Shown: positions 18,795-28,768 of the stretch, piece after piece | Position numbering within the stretch: position 1 is the stretch's first letter | Layout: every line of letters begins with the position of its first letter | NCBI GenBank assembly: GCA_964425075.1 | Contig: CAYRKM010000001.1 | Span: 18,756-82,755 of the forward strand | Length of the DNA: 64,000 nucleotides | Reading direction: 5' to 3' | Source: an uncultured Gammaproteobacteria bacterium | Lineage (GTDB): Bacteria > Patescibacteriota > Microgenomatia > Levybacterales > GWA1-39-11 | Translations under genes and position numbers: made by a program | The notes under the pieces: model-generated | What the model was told of the DNA's origin: nothing | Database searches by the model: none | The model's input: the letters and a program-made list of their open reading frames with translations, nothing else

Positions 18795-19469
18795 TTAGTT
18801 CTTAGCAAATTCAGCAATTTTCCTGTAAGTTGCCCGAATTCGAAGGTGAAGGTTGTTGTGTCCCAGTGTTAGCAACGTTACCGAATGTGTTTTTGGTAGA
18901 ACTGACCCACCTGGCACCATTTCATCATATTTTGCTTGAATGCAAAAAATTCTTTCAGGGTGAAGAATATTCATATTTTTTATTTTTTGAATAAGCTTGC
19001 TGTTTGGGAATAATTCCCGCCCAGAATGAGTAAACGAAACAAAAAATGAGGCCCATGTACCCTGAAAAGGCGCACCAATTGCGATAAATTTGTCCACTCG
19101 CCTCCATCCCTCATGTTCCTGAAGGTACAAAAGCGAAGTAAGAGCACCACCACTAATTCCTACAAGCACTATATCCTTACAGCTATGCTTCTCCAAATAT
19201 TCTTTTAATTGTGCTGCACTTTTCTCAAAATTGCCGTTTTGTAAGGGGAAATTTTTTATAAGAACCCGAAAACCTTTTCTTTCTAGATAATATTTCCAAT
19301 ACAAATGCTTTATGTTAAATGTCAGCCAACGCTCGACGATAACAATGGTTTTTCCTTCTTTCTTTCCTTCAAACCGGCTTTTCGGGATGAAATTTACCAA
19401 AATTCCAGAAATGGGATAAATACAAATAAGAAAAACTTCACTTACAAGGTCTGACAATAACTTCAGCAT
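18795..19469 (-). CDS. alpha/beta hydrolase (esterase/lipase-like)
   Basis: 224 aa; GxSxG nucleophile elbow (VLVGISGGALTS). Confidence 0.6.
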   Translation of the reverse strand: MLKLLSDLVSEVFLICIYPISGILVNFIPKSRFEGKKEGKTIVIVERWLTFNIKHLYWKYYLERKGFRVLIKNFPLQNGNFEKSAAQLKEYLEKHSCKDIVLVGISGGALTSLLYLQEHEGWRRVDKFIAIGAPFQGTWASFFVSFTHSGRELFPNSKLIQKIKNMNILHPERIFCIQAKYDEMVPGGSVLPKTHSVTLLTLGHNNLHLRIRATYRKIAEFAKN

Positions 19470-19516
19470 TAATTCATTGTATCAGAGCGTCCTTCTTTTT
19501 TTGGTATACTCTAAAC

Positions 19517-20596
19517 ATGCCTGAAGGTGAAATAATTCCTCGAGTAACAACATTTGAGCCAACCGGAACTCCGCACGAACTTGCAAATCCAAAATTTTTG
19601 GAGGGTTTATCAATGAAGATAGAACCCAGGCGTAAATTGGTTCCACTTTTTGAATATCTTAAAGGAGCACAAAACAAACCAAGAGGACAAGAGGGAGGCC
19701 AAACAGACCTTAATTCTCATTTTGAACAATTTATAGTACGGGAAGGTGGAGAAATTAAGCTAAAAGACCTAAGTGAATTTTCAGAAATGTTACGCCTAGC
19801 AGGATTTAATGCTGACCTTTTGGGTGTTCAGTCCGTTGGTAACAAAAACCAACAAGTAACAGCTGTTGTTCAGGATGTAGATCCTAATAATCCGCAGTCT
19901 GGATACGAACGACCGGTCACTGCTGAAGGACCACACATGATAATTGCTCCCTACGCAACTGACGAAAACGGACAACTCCACGTATTCCGCACAGTTCAAT
20001 TCAGAACAGGAAGTGCGGGCATTGACACCGCAAGGGGTTTTTTGGATGCTCAAACACTTTCCTCAGGACAACATATCTATAAGGTTGAAGGGTCTGAGGG
20101 AAAAGTTCAAGAAAATCTGCGTCGAATAATCAAAGAAGAAGGCGGAGAAAAATTACTTAACATTAAAAAAGTTCAATTTTTAGGCGCACATACTGTTAAT
20201 AAGAGCTTTGTCACTTCCCCTTCTGCACTTTTCGCGGTTGAAGTTGATTATGAAACTTTTACACAATTGAAAAATGTAGTTTCTGCTGAGGAAGCTGCAC
20301 GTCGTAAATTTGAGTTCGAGCAACAAGGCCTAACAGATATGATTCTTGATATGACTCCGGAACAATATGTACACTACAAAACCAATCCCTCTCTTGCCAA
20401 GGACATGGCATCAGACAGTGCGACAGATATTGTGATGATGGATTTCCTCATGCGCGAACTTCAAAAAACTAAAATGAAAGAAAGAACAGCTGAGATAAAA
20501 CAAGAAGCCAAACCAGAATCAGATAGTAGTGGTGCCCATCTTCTTACTAAGGCTAGAAAACTATTGCACACTCTTCGTCACAAAAAATCTGCCTGA
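19517..20596 (+). CDS. hypothetical protein
   Basis: 359-aa ORF; no motif recognised. Confidence 0.5.
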   Translation: MPEGEIIPRVTTFEPTGTPHELANPKFLEGLSMKIEPRRKLVPLFEYLKGAQNKPRGQEGGQTDLNSHFEQFIVREGGEIKLKDLSEFSEMLRLAGFNADLLGVQSVGNKNQQVTAVVQDVDPNNPQSGYERPVTAEGPHMIIAPYATDENGQLHVFRTVQFRTGSAGIDTARGFLDAQTLSSGQHIYKVEGSEGKVQENLRRIIKEEGGEKLLNIKKVQFLGAHTVNKSFVTSPSALFAVEVDYETFTQLKNVVSAEEAARRKFEFEQQGLTDMILDMTPEQYVHYKTNPSLAKDMASDSATDIVMMDFLMRELQKTKMKERTAEIKQEAKPESDSSGAHLLTKARKLLHTLRHKKSA

Positions 20597-20656
20597 TTTG
20601 ATGTGTGAAGGGGCGCCCCGCGGTTAGACCGCGGGAGCACCCCATGAACCAAGGAC

Positions 20657-21376
20657 CTAGGCCAACATTGCCTCCGGATGTCTGGCAAGCCAGACCATGA
20701 GGGTGTCGTTGGCTGTGGCCGAACGGTAGTTGATGCCGTTCAGCTCACCCGCGGCGATGCGTGAAAGAATCTCCCTCACGGGCAACCATGCAGTTCCTGT
20801 GATCCGCTCCTCCGTGTCGGTAGGAAGTCTGACTTGCGTCAGGTCCACTTCAACTTCAAAGAGCGAACTCCATGAGGCACAGAAGGTGGGATTGGGGTTG
20901 TGATGCCCCATCTCGACTATCTCGCCGATGAGTGCCTCAGGTGGAACTCCACCCTCTTCAAGCAGCTCACGAAGAGCAGCTGCGATCACGGTCTCCGCAC
21001 CGCTCTCGTTGAATGCCATAACCGCGGGCTGCCCGAATACGATCGGCGGGTCAGCAGGCTCTCCGGAAGGAAGGTCTGAAAATGGCCTCTCCTGGAAAAC
21101 CACTAACACTCGCCAGCCATCGGCAGCTTTGCCGGCGGCAACACCATTGATGTTTGCCGCCTCTCTGTACGCTCCCCGCTCGAAAGCGGGGGAACCGTCC
21201 GGGTTGGTCTGGACGCGAACGCGCATGGAACCAAACCGGGGGGATGTAATTCCCCAACCATCTGGATCTGGAACCCAAGCATTCTCACCACGAGTGGCAA
21301 GAAAGTCTGGGCAATCCACTGGGTCAATCCAACCGCGCATCGATGATCTATCCTCTCCTTGCGGCCTTACGGCCAC
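20657..21376 (-). CDS. Nudix-like hydrolase (GC-rich island C)
   Basis: 239 aa (GTG start, or internal MRGWIDP Met with GGAGAGG RBS); degenerate Nudix box ETVIAAALRELLEEGGV (Ex7REUxEExGU). Confidence 0.5.
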   Translation of the reverse strand: MAVRPQGEDRSSMRGWIDPVDCPDFLATRGENAWVPDPDGWGITSPRFGSMRVRVQTNPDGSPAFERGAYREAANINGVAAGKAADGWRVLVVFQERPFSDLPSGEPADPPIVFGQPAVMAFNESGAETVIAAALRELLEEGGVPPEALIGEIVEMGHHNPNPTFCASWSSLFEVEVDLTQVRLPTDTEERITGTAWLPVREILSRIAAGELNGINYRSATANDTLMVWLARHPEAMLA

Positions 21377-21530
21377 GCTATGTCCTTGGTTGTAAACGAA
21401 CTATCCAGTTGGTCGAGCTTATTTGTGTGTTTTTAAACACACAAAGGCCTCTCCAAAAAGACAGTAAATTTTATCACTTTTGAACTTAAATGTCAAATGC
21501 TATGGGATATAATATGGGGTTACTTTGATG

Positions 21531-22316
21531 CTATTCTATAATCTTTAGCAAATCTTCAAATTTTTCAATAGTTGCATCGGGTTTATCCGGATGATTTGTA
21601 TAATCTCTCCAACTTTTTGAAGTTCTATATCTTTCTGGAGGAATATATAAAACAGCTTGAGCGCCTGCTTGATGAGAGCATTGCACATCCCTAATAGGAT
21701 CATCACCGACATAAATTATGTCTCCGACTGGTCTGCCAAACCTTTGAGCCGCAACATCAAAAACCCGAGGATCTGGTTTTTCAATCCCAATTTCTTCCGA
21801 TGTCAAAAAATGATCAAAAAGATCAGCCACTCCAAGCCAGGTAAGAGTTGATCTCGGGGTAAAACTTCTGTCGTTTGATATTACAGCCAAATGCTTTCCT
21901 CTCGACTTTAGTTCTTCAAGTGTTTTTCTTAACTCCTCTTTGCGTGGACTGCTCTCCAGGAGCTTCTTAAACTCAGCTCTATATGCTGCAAGGACTTGAG
22001 GTCCGAGCAACGGCCTAATATGGTCAGGCACCCCAGCTCCTTTCAATCCATCTTGAATCCATGGTTCTTCTTGAGAAAAATGCGATGCAAACTGAAAATT
22101 CTTTTCAGCATTTGATCTACTCCATTCCTCAATGAATTGATTCACATCAAACGTAAAACCAAAATTTTGCTCTGAAAAATTTGCTCCATATTCACCAACG
22201 CTTCCCTTTATATCATCAAAGGGATCAAAAACTAAGGTGTTTCCCCAATCAAAAACAATGCTTGAACCAGATAGTTGGCCCTCACGTCTTTCGGAATCTC
22301 TTTCGACTACTACCAT
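21531..22316 (-). CDS. HAD-superfamily hydrolase
   Basis: 261 aa; motif I IVFDWGNTLV and motif IV YVGDDPIRDV. Confidence 0.75.
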   Translation of the reverse strand: MVVVERDSERREGQLSGSSIVFDWGNTLVFDPFDDIKGSVGEYGANFSEQNFGFTFDVNQFIEEWSRSNAEKNFQFASHFSQEEPWIQDGLKGAGVPDHIRPLLGPQVLAAYRAEFKKLLESSPRKEELRKTLEELKSRGKHLAVISNDRSFTPRSTLTWLGVADLFDHFLTSEEIGIEKPDPRVFDVAAQRFGRPVGDIIYVGDDPIRDVQCSHQAGAQAVLYIPPERYRTSKSWRDYTNHPDKPDATIEKFEDLLKIIE

Positions 22317-22391
22317 AAATTAATGTAAAAAAATTTATTCTTTTTCCTCTATTTTAATAGCTTTTCGAAGTGCCTGCACTGAGAAAAAATG

Positions 22392-23663
22392 CTATTTTAG
22401 TAATTTTTCGAAGTGTTTTGGGTCCTCAAAATTGCCAATCACTGCAAGACTTAATAATTTAGTATCAACGTATTCTTTAGCAACTCTTAATACGTCATTT
22501 AAGGTTACTTTTTCAATTTTCTCAATTATTTCGTGAGGGTTATGGAGCTCTCCCTGCAATATTTCTTGTGAGGCATACAAAATCGCGGCGCTCCTAGTAT
22601 CTTCCAAATCCAATACAAAATGCCCCTTTGTATATTCCTTCGCCTTTTCAAGTTCTTCCTCTGTTATTTCATCTTTTTCACTTACTTTTAAGTATTCGTC
22701 CACAACAACTTTTATTGCCTCATCCAATCTTTTGGGATCTGCTCCAACCCACGTAGCTAAATATCCAGCATCCAAATAGTGCTCAGATGTAGTCCTGACA
22801 TAATAAGAAATTCCCCGCCTTTCCCTCACCTCGTAAAAAAGTCTAGACGACATACCACCACCCAAGATTGAGGCCAAAATTGAGAGTGGGTATCTATCTT
22901 TTTTGTCTTTAAGCCCTACTGTTCTTACTCCAAGTGCAAAATGCGCCTGTTCTGTTTTTTTGTGTTTTACCTTAACTTCATATTTGTGCTGTTTTTCGTG
23001 TATTGGTAAATACTTGATGGTGTCAAACCTTGCAACATCTCCAAAATATTTAGCAATCCTTTTGTGCATATCCTCCACATGCACATTTCCAGCTACAACT
23101 ACAGTCATGTTGTGCGCACTATAAAGACTTCCCATATATTCAACAAAGTTATCACGGGTTATACTTCTTATAATATCCGGGGTTCCTGCTGTATCCCATC
23201 CAAGAGGTGTGTCTCCATACAAAAGCCCTTCGTAAATATCTCCAATATTTCTCATTGGAGTATCTTCATACATGTTAATTTCCTCAATTATTACTCCTTT
23301 TTCCCTATCAATTTCTGCAGGATCTAGTAAAAGATTCTTTAACATGTCAGACAGCACATCAAGACAAAGATCTATGTGGTTCGTGGCGGATTTTATGTAA
23401 TATCCTGTGTATTCTTTACCTGTAAAAGCATTAAACTCTGCTCCAATACCATCAATCAATGCTGAAATTTCACGTGCTGAAGGTCTATTGGTAGTGCCTT
23501 TAAAGGCCATGTGTTCTAAAAAGTGGGAAATTCCATTGAGTCTTTTCTCTTCATATCTACTTCCAGCCCCATACATAACAAGGGTGGTCGCCGACTCTAC
23601 TCCCAAAACGGGAACAACAATGACACGCACTCCATTATCGAGCACTGTTCTGTGATAACGCAT
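22392..23663 (-). CDS. M16-family zinc peptidase (insulinase-like)
   Basis: 423 aa; inverted zincin motif HFLEHMAFKGT (HxxEH). Confidence 0.8.
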   Translation of the reverse strand: MRYHRTVLDNGVRVIVVPVLGVESATTLVMYGAGSRYEEKRLNGISHFLEHMAFKGTTNRPSAREISALIDGIGAEFNAFTGKEYTGYYIKSATNHIDLCLDVLSDMLKNLLLDPAEIDREKGVIIEEINMYEDTPMRNIGDIYEGLLYGDTPLGWDTAGTPDIIRSITRDNFVEYMGSLYSAHNMTVVVAGNVHVEDMHKRIAKYFGDVARFDTIKYLPIHEKQHKYEVKVKHKKTEQAHFALGVRTVGLKDKKDRYPLSILASILGGGMSSRLFYEVRERRGISYYVRTTSEHYLDAGYLATWVGADPKRLDEAIKVVVDEYLKVSEKDEITEEELEKAKEYTKGHFVLDLEDTRSAAILYASQEILQGELHNPHEIIEKIEKVTLNDVLRVAKEYVDTKLLSLAVIGNFEDPKHFEKLLK

Positions 23664-23768
23664 AAGAACAATTTAAACATAGAGGTATTAATATTGCAAT
23701 CAAAATCACACTTGAGTTTTATGGTTATTCTTGAAAAAATAATTTCAAAATTGTAGAATTCTCGGATT

Positions 23769-24197
23769 ATGAAAGGCTGTGAATATTTTCTTCCTTTTGA
23801 ACCACCGCCGCAAGAAGGCTCGCAACAGCACGATAGAATTGGCCTAATTGTTGGGGAGGTAGTAACCAATTATCCATCAACAGCAGGGTGGAATCTTGAA
23901 GCACAACAGGTCTTAACAGAATCAACTGCTGATTATCTTAGATTTATTGATCTTGCAACAGGTGGAAGATTCAAAGACATAAGGGTTGTAAGCGATAGGG
24001 GTTTATTGGTAAGAAATAGAGAAGGTGTAATTTGTAAAGTTACGCCCCCTGATGGTCTTGTTGAGCTTTCAGGAGTTCAAAAAACAAATATCGGCAGGGT
24101 TACATCAGCAGTATTTGGACATTCGCTTGGAATGCTTCAAGTAGGAATTACAAGCTTTCATGATTATCAAAAAGCACAAAGGCAAAGAAGAAGATAA
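23769..24197 (+). CDS. hypothetical protein
   Basis: 142-aa ORF. Confidence 0.4.
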   Translation: MKGCEYFLPFEPPPQEGSQQHDRIGLIVGEVVTNYPSTAGWNLEAQQVLTESTADYLRFIDLATGGRFKDIRVVSDRGLLVRNREGVICKVTPPDGLVELSGVQKTNIGRVTSAVFGHSLGMLQVGITSFHDYQKAQRQRRR

Positions 24198-24201
24198 ACT
24201 G

Positions 24202-25926
24202 CTACATTTTTTCCACTGTCTCTATTCCGAGGATATGAAGGCCATTTTCAAGAACTTGACCCACAGCTTTTGTTAATTGCAGACGAAATGCTTCGTTCTC
24301 ACTACCTATAATTTTGTGCTTTTGATAGAAATTATTGAACTTTTGAGATAATTCAAACAAATAATTACAAAGTAAATTCGGTGCAAATTCATTAGCCGCT
24401 TGCTCTAAAATATATGGAAATTGCGTCAAGAACCGCAAAAGCACCTCCTCTTCTTTTTCCGTTTTTGAATTATCTAAATTGAAATTTGTTTCGGATTTAG
24501 AATTTAGTGCTTCGAATTTACGAAGTACGCTCTGCGTACGAGTGTATGTATATTGCAAATATGGCCCAGAATTTCCCTCAAGATTTATCGAGTCCTCAAA
24601 TGAAAATTGGATATCAGATGTTCTTCCAAATTTAAGCATCGAATATTTAACAGCGCCAATAGCAACAGTCTCGGCTGTTGAGTCATCTAATTCAGGAAAG
24701 CTCTTTGAAATGCGTTTTTTTGCCTCATCCAAAAGCCACTCACCACGGACAATATTGCCCATTCGGGATGACATTTTTCCATCTTTTAATTGCACAAAAC
24801 CATATACCAAATGCTTTTCGCGACCCTTTAAGTTTGGGTCTATTTGTTCTAAGGCTTTAAAAACTACTTCAAAATACCCGGCCTGCTCGGGACCGACCAC
24901 GTGAATAGCATTATCAAATTTAAATTCTTTATATTCAAGGGGGGCTAAGCCCATTTCCTTTGCTTCATAGGTTGGGTTGCCTTCAGATGTTACAAAAACC
25001 CTGTTGTGAAGCCCAAATTTCTCGCCTGGAAAAATAACTGCACCCGCATCTTTTACAAAGATGCCGTCCGCAACATGAGACAATACAATATCACGCCCGC
25101 TTTCATAAACTTCACTTTCAAAAAACAAGCGCTTAAAGGCAGTACCCATTTTTTTATAAATACTGTCAAAATATTCAAGACTCCAGCGCCTTGTGGTTTC
25201 CCAAATTGGCATAATTTCTGGATCGCGAGCATAAATTTGTTTGTTAATATTTGTAATTTCTTTTTTTGCCTCTTCGTCTTCTTCGTAAGATTTAGAACCC
25301 GTTGAATAAGCTAATCCCAAAAACAAAGCTTTTGCGGAAGGGGGTTTTACATCCTCAGCCTTTAAATCTTCATGTTTTTCTGCAAGAAGTTTCCTAACAC
25401 CATGCAAAGCTTTTGCAACATGCATTCCAACATCTCCTTGATAATTAACACGAGAAACATCCATTCCCTGCGACTCTAATAACCTACTAATTGATTCTCC
25501 TAAAGTTATGTTTCTTAAATGACCAATGTGAAATTCTTTGTGGGTATTCGGGTGGGCAAATTCAACAATTATTTTCTGGGGGTTTTTGGAGTTCTTGCCA
25601 AATGCTTCTTTCTTGTTATTTATTTTCTGAATTTGATGTTTGAGATACTCCTCGCTTAAGTAAAAATTGATAAATCCAGGTCCGGCAACTTCAATTTTTT
25701 CAAAGGTTTCTTTAATATCAACACTTTCTGAGATAAACTTTATGATCTCTTCTGCAATTTCTCGAGGTGATTTTCCAACTTGTTTTGAAACAACAAGAGC
25801 TATATTGGTTGCAAAATCTCCATGATCTGAATTTGTAACTAAAGAAACTTCAAAAGTAGCGTCAATATTTTTTCTCTCAAGAAAATTTTTCAGATTATCA
25901 AAAATTAATTGTTTTGGATTTGTCAT
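24202..25926 (-). CDS. argS: arginine--tRNA ligase
   Basis: 574 aa; HIGH motif (FHIGHLRN); KMSKS-like GKMSSRMGN; class I aaRS architecture. Confidence 0.9.
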   Translation of the reverse strand: MTNPKQLIFDNLKNFLERKNIDATFEVSLVTNSDHGDFATNIALVVSKQVGKSPREIAEEIIKFISESVDIKETFEKIEVAGPGFINFYLSEEYLKHQIQKINNKKEAFGKNSKNPQKIIVEFAHPNTHKEFHIGHLRNITLGESISRLLESQGMDVSRVNYQGDVGMHVAKALHGVRKLLAEKHEDLKAEDVKPPSAKALFLGLAYSTGSKSYEEDEEAKKEITNINKQIYARDPEIMPIWETTRRWSLEYFDSIYKKMGTAFKRLFFESEVYESGRDIVLSHVADGIFVKDAGAVIFPGEKFGLHNRVFVTSEGNPTYEAKEMGLAPLEYKEFKFDNAIHVVGPEQAGYFEVVFKALEQIDPNLKGREKHLVYGFVQLKDGKMSSRMGNIVRGEWLLDEAKKRISKSFPELDDSTAETVAIGAVKYSMLKFGRTSDIQFSFEDSINLEGNSGPYLQYTYTRTQSVLRKFEALNSKSETNFNLDNSKTEKEEEVLLRFLTQFPYILEQAANEFAPNLLCNYLFELSQKFNNFYQKHKIIGSENEAFRLQLTKAVGQVLENGLHILGIETVEKM

Positions 25927-25969
25927 ACTGTAAGTTTAAACGAATGAGGTATTGAACTCAAGAAGGGGA

Positions 25970-26854
25970 TTATTCGCTTAAATCGAGTTCTCGAAGAAAT
26001 TTCTTGAATTCGCCATTAATTCCAGGGTGATGAAGCGCAAATTCTACAACTGTTTTCATGTATTCTATTTTTGAACCAGTGTCATAATATTTTCCATTTT
26101 GAATTTCTACTCCATATATCGGAATACCTTGATCCCGCAGTGCATTTATACCGTCAATTAAATAAATCTCTCCACCTCGTCCAGGCTTAACATTTTTTAA
26201 AGCACCAAAAATTTCGGGAGGTAAAATATATGCTCCATGAGTCGCCATATTTGAAGGCGCTTGATCTGGTTCTGGCTTTTCTACAATATTATTTATCTTA
26301 AAAACATTTCCTTCAACGGGTTCAATGTCTGCAATTCCGTAACGTTTCAGATCTTCTTTTTTCTCGATCTTTACTCCAGAAATCACAACTCCACCATATT
26401 TCTCGTGCACATCAATCATTTGCTTAAGTCTGGGTGGATCTGAATAAATAAACTCATCTCCCCAAATCACGGCAAATGGCTCATCTTCAATAATTGGTTC
26501 AGCAGCCAAAACCGGTGTTCCATTTCCATATTGGCCTTTTTGTCTTACGTAAATAAAGTTAGCCATCTCTGAGATCTTTTGCACCTCAGCAAGCATCTCA
26601 TCTTTTCCGCCTTCTTTAAGGTTTTTTACCAAATCTTGGTTGAGAACATCAAAATGATCCTCAATCGCACGCTTCAAGGCTCCCGTTACAATAACAACGT
26701 CTTCAATACCTGAGGCCACAACTTCCTCTACCACATACTGAATAACCGGTTTGTCTACCACAGGAAGCATTTCCTTGGGCATTGCTTTTGTTTGAGGGAG
26801 GAACCGGGTTCCGAAACCGGCGGCTGGAATCACTGCTTTTCGAATTCTTGTCAT
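25970..26854 (-). CDS. galU: UTP--glucose-1-phosphate uridylyltransferase
   Basis: start at MTRIRKAVIPAAGFGTRFLP; AAGxGTRxLPxTK and VDKP motifs. Confidence 0.85.
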   Translation of the reverse strand: MTRIRKAVIPAAGFGTRFLPQTKAMPKEMLPVVDKPVIQYVVEEVVASGIEDVVIVTGALKRAIEDHFDVLNQDLVKNLKEGGKDEMLAEVQKISEMANFIYVRQKGQYGNGTPVLAAEPIIEDEPFAVIWGDEFIYSDPPRLKQMIDVHEKYGGVVISGVKIEKKEDLKRYGIADIEPVEGNVFKINNIVEKPEPDQAPSNMATHGAYILPPEIFGALKNVKPGRGGEIYLIDGINALRDQGIPIYGVEIQNGKYYDTGSKIEYMKTVVEFALHHPGINGEFKKFLRELDLSE

Positions 26855-26984
26855 AAATATGTAGTATGTAGAATGTAGCAAGTAGTAAGGCAAAAATGCA
26901 AGGGGAAAGTTGAACCTACTACCGTTTACTAACTACTGTTTGATTTTAAATCGAAATGAATAAATAATCAACTTTTTTATTCTT

Positions 26985-27013
26985 TACAAATACCCGAGAC
27001 TCTAGTATAATTT
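26985..27013 (+). promoter_or_regulatory. sigma70-like promoter for secE-nusG (TTTACA-17 bp-TATAAT)
   Basis: consensus -35 and -10 hexamers with 17-bp spacer read 9 nt upstream of the secE ATG. Confidence 0.45.
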
Positions 27014-27019
27014 GAAGTC

Positions 27020-27193
27020 ATGTTCACCTTCGTTAAAGAAGTTAGGTCCGAATTGGCAAAAGTGACTTGGCCTGAAAGGTCTGACACTATACGACTTACG
27101 GCAATTGTAATTGCCATAAGCATCATAGTTGGACTTTATCTCGGTGGATTGGATTTGATTTTTACAGAAATGCTCAAGTTCTTAGTATCTTAA
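27020..27193 (+). CDS. secE: preprotein translocase subunit SecE
   Basis: 57 aa (below the ORF track's length cutoff): MFTFVKEVRSELAKVTWPERSDTIRLTAIVIAISIIVGLYLGG...; single TM; immediately upstream of nusG. Confidence 0.7.
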   Translation: MFTFVKEVRSELAKVTWPERSDTIRLTAIVIAISIIVGLYLGGLDLIFTEMLKFLVS

Positions 27194-27197
27194 AAAT

Positions 27198-28052
27198 ATG
27201 GCAGACGATAATAAAAATATAACAACTGAAGAAAACGTTACTCTTGATGATATGCTTGCAGAAGCTGTGAGCGAAACTCAACCAGAGACAGCTGACAAAA
27301 CTAATGAGACTGAAACGTCAACTGATGATGTGCAATCTGAGGAAACTGTTGAAACTCCAAAGGAAATAACAGAAGAAACCACTGAATCAGTTGAAGCTCC
27401 TGAGGAAGAAGCAGCAATAGATGATGTAGTTGAGGAACCCCAAGAAAAACCAAAAGAATCTACTGAAGACAAAGAGGAAGAAGCAAAAACTCCAGTGAAT
27501 GAAGCCCCAGCAAGAAGTGCTGCAACCGCAAAAGGTCGTTGGTATATTGTTCACACCTACTCTGGACACGAAAATAAAGTGGCCAAAACTTTAATGCAAA
27601 GAGTGCAAAGTATGGGATTTGAAGAACAAATCTTTGATGCACTTGTTCCAACTCGAGAAACAATTAGAGTAAGAGGAGGAAAAAAAGAAACTGTACAGGA
27701 GAAAATTTTCCCAGGATACATTTTGGTAAATATGGAATTATCTGATGAAGCATGGGTTTTGGTAAGAACTACTCCCGGTGTTACATCATTTGTAGGTGCT
27801 CAAAACAAACCAACCCCTATAAGAGACGATGAGGTTAATGCAATTGTTGCTTTCGTTGGACAAAAAGAACCAACTTACAAAGCTCAATTCTCAACCAATG
27901 AAGCTGTAAAGATTACTGATGGACCATTCTCTGATTTCTTAGGTACTGTTGAGTCAATTGATGAAGCAAAAGGTAAAGTTAAGGTATTAGTCTCAATTTT
28001 TGGACGGGAAACACCCGTTGAGCTTGACTTCCTTCAGGTATCAAAGATATAA
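27198..28052 (+). CDS. nusG: transcription termination/antitermination factor NusG with ~115-aa acidic N-terminal extension
   Basis: NGN domain starts at WYIVHTYSGHENKV; C-terminal KOW (ITDGPFSDFLGTVESIDEAKGKVKVLVSIFGRETPVEL). Confidence 0.85.
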   Translation: MADDNKNITTEENVTLDDMLAEAVSETQPETADKTNETETSTDDVQSEETVETPKEITEETTESVEAPEEEAAIDDVVEEPQEKPKESTEDKEEEAKTPVNEAPARSAATAKGRWYIVHTYSGHENKVAKTLMQRVQSMGFEEQIFDALVPTRETIRVRGGKKETVQEKIFPGYILVNMELSDEAWVLVRTTPGVTSFVGAQNKPTPIRDDEVNAIVAFVGQKEPTYKAQFSTNEAVKITDGPFSDFLGTVESIDEAKGKVKVLVSIFGRETPVELDFLQVSKI

Positions 28053-28196
28053 TCGCTGAACTTGAAAGGAAATCATCATACCGACAACTCTTGTTCAAAT
28101 GTCCAACTGGCCATTTGAACTGAGACTCTCGGTATATTTCTCGCAAAAAGACTTTTATCGATATGCAAGCGAACACTTGCGACAGGAGCTCGAAAT

Positions 28197-28622
28197 ATGG
28201 CAAAAAAGATAAAAACATATATTAAAATCGCTATTAAAGGTGGCGAGGCCAATCCTGCACCACCAGTGGGAACAGCACTTGGACCCCACGGACTTCCTAT
28301 CATGGAATTCGTGAAGGCATTTAATGAAAAAACAGCAGAACAAAAAGGAATTCTTCTCCCAGTTGTTATCTCAGTATACGAGGACAGAACATTCTCTTTC
28401 ATCGTTAAAAAACCACCAGTTTCAGAACTTATCAAAATGGCACTAAAAATCGAAAAGGGCTCACAAAAACCAGGACGAGAAACTGCAGCAACTCTTACCA
28501 AGTCCCAAGCCGTAGAAATCGGAAAAACAAAAATGGACGACCTTAACACCAAAGACGAAGAAATGGCATCCCGAGTTGTGATGGGCACTGCCCGTTCAAT
28601 GGGAATTAAAGTGACTGACTAA
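28197..28622 (+). CDS. rplK: 50S ribosomal protein L11
   Basis: MAKKIKTYIKIAIKGGEANPAPPVGTALGPHG... near-consensus L11. Confidence 0.9.
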   Translation: MAKKIKTYIKIAIKGGEANPAPPVGTALGPHGLPIMEFVKAFNEKTAEQKGILLPVVISVYEDRTFSFIVKKPPVSELIKMALKIEKGSQKPGRETAATLTKSQAVEIGKTKMDDLNTKDEEMASRVVMGTARSMGIKVTD

Positions 28623-28768
28623 AAGGAAGTCATCCCGAACTTAATTCGGGATCTTGAAAATACGAAGCACTAAGCTCGAAGCACGAAACAAATTAAAAAT
28701 TACAAATTTCAAACTGTTTCGAATTTCGGATTTAGAATTTCGGATTTCTTTTTCAGAGAAAAAGTATT

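Noticed and set aside
20928-21395. Plus-strand 155-aa ORF and minus ORFs 21051-21327 overlapping island C gene
   Set aside because: Overlap the Nudix-motif-containing frame. Ser/Ala/Pro/Arg-rich GC artefacts.
28623-28768. L1-binding autoregulatory leader between rplK and rplA
   Set aside because: A hairpin ATCCCGAA-CTTAA-TTCGGGAT and a GAATTTCGGATTT direct repeat are present. However, the 23S-mimic L1 site could not be verified by eye. Left unannotated.
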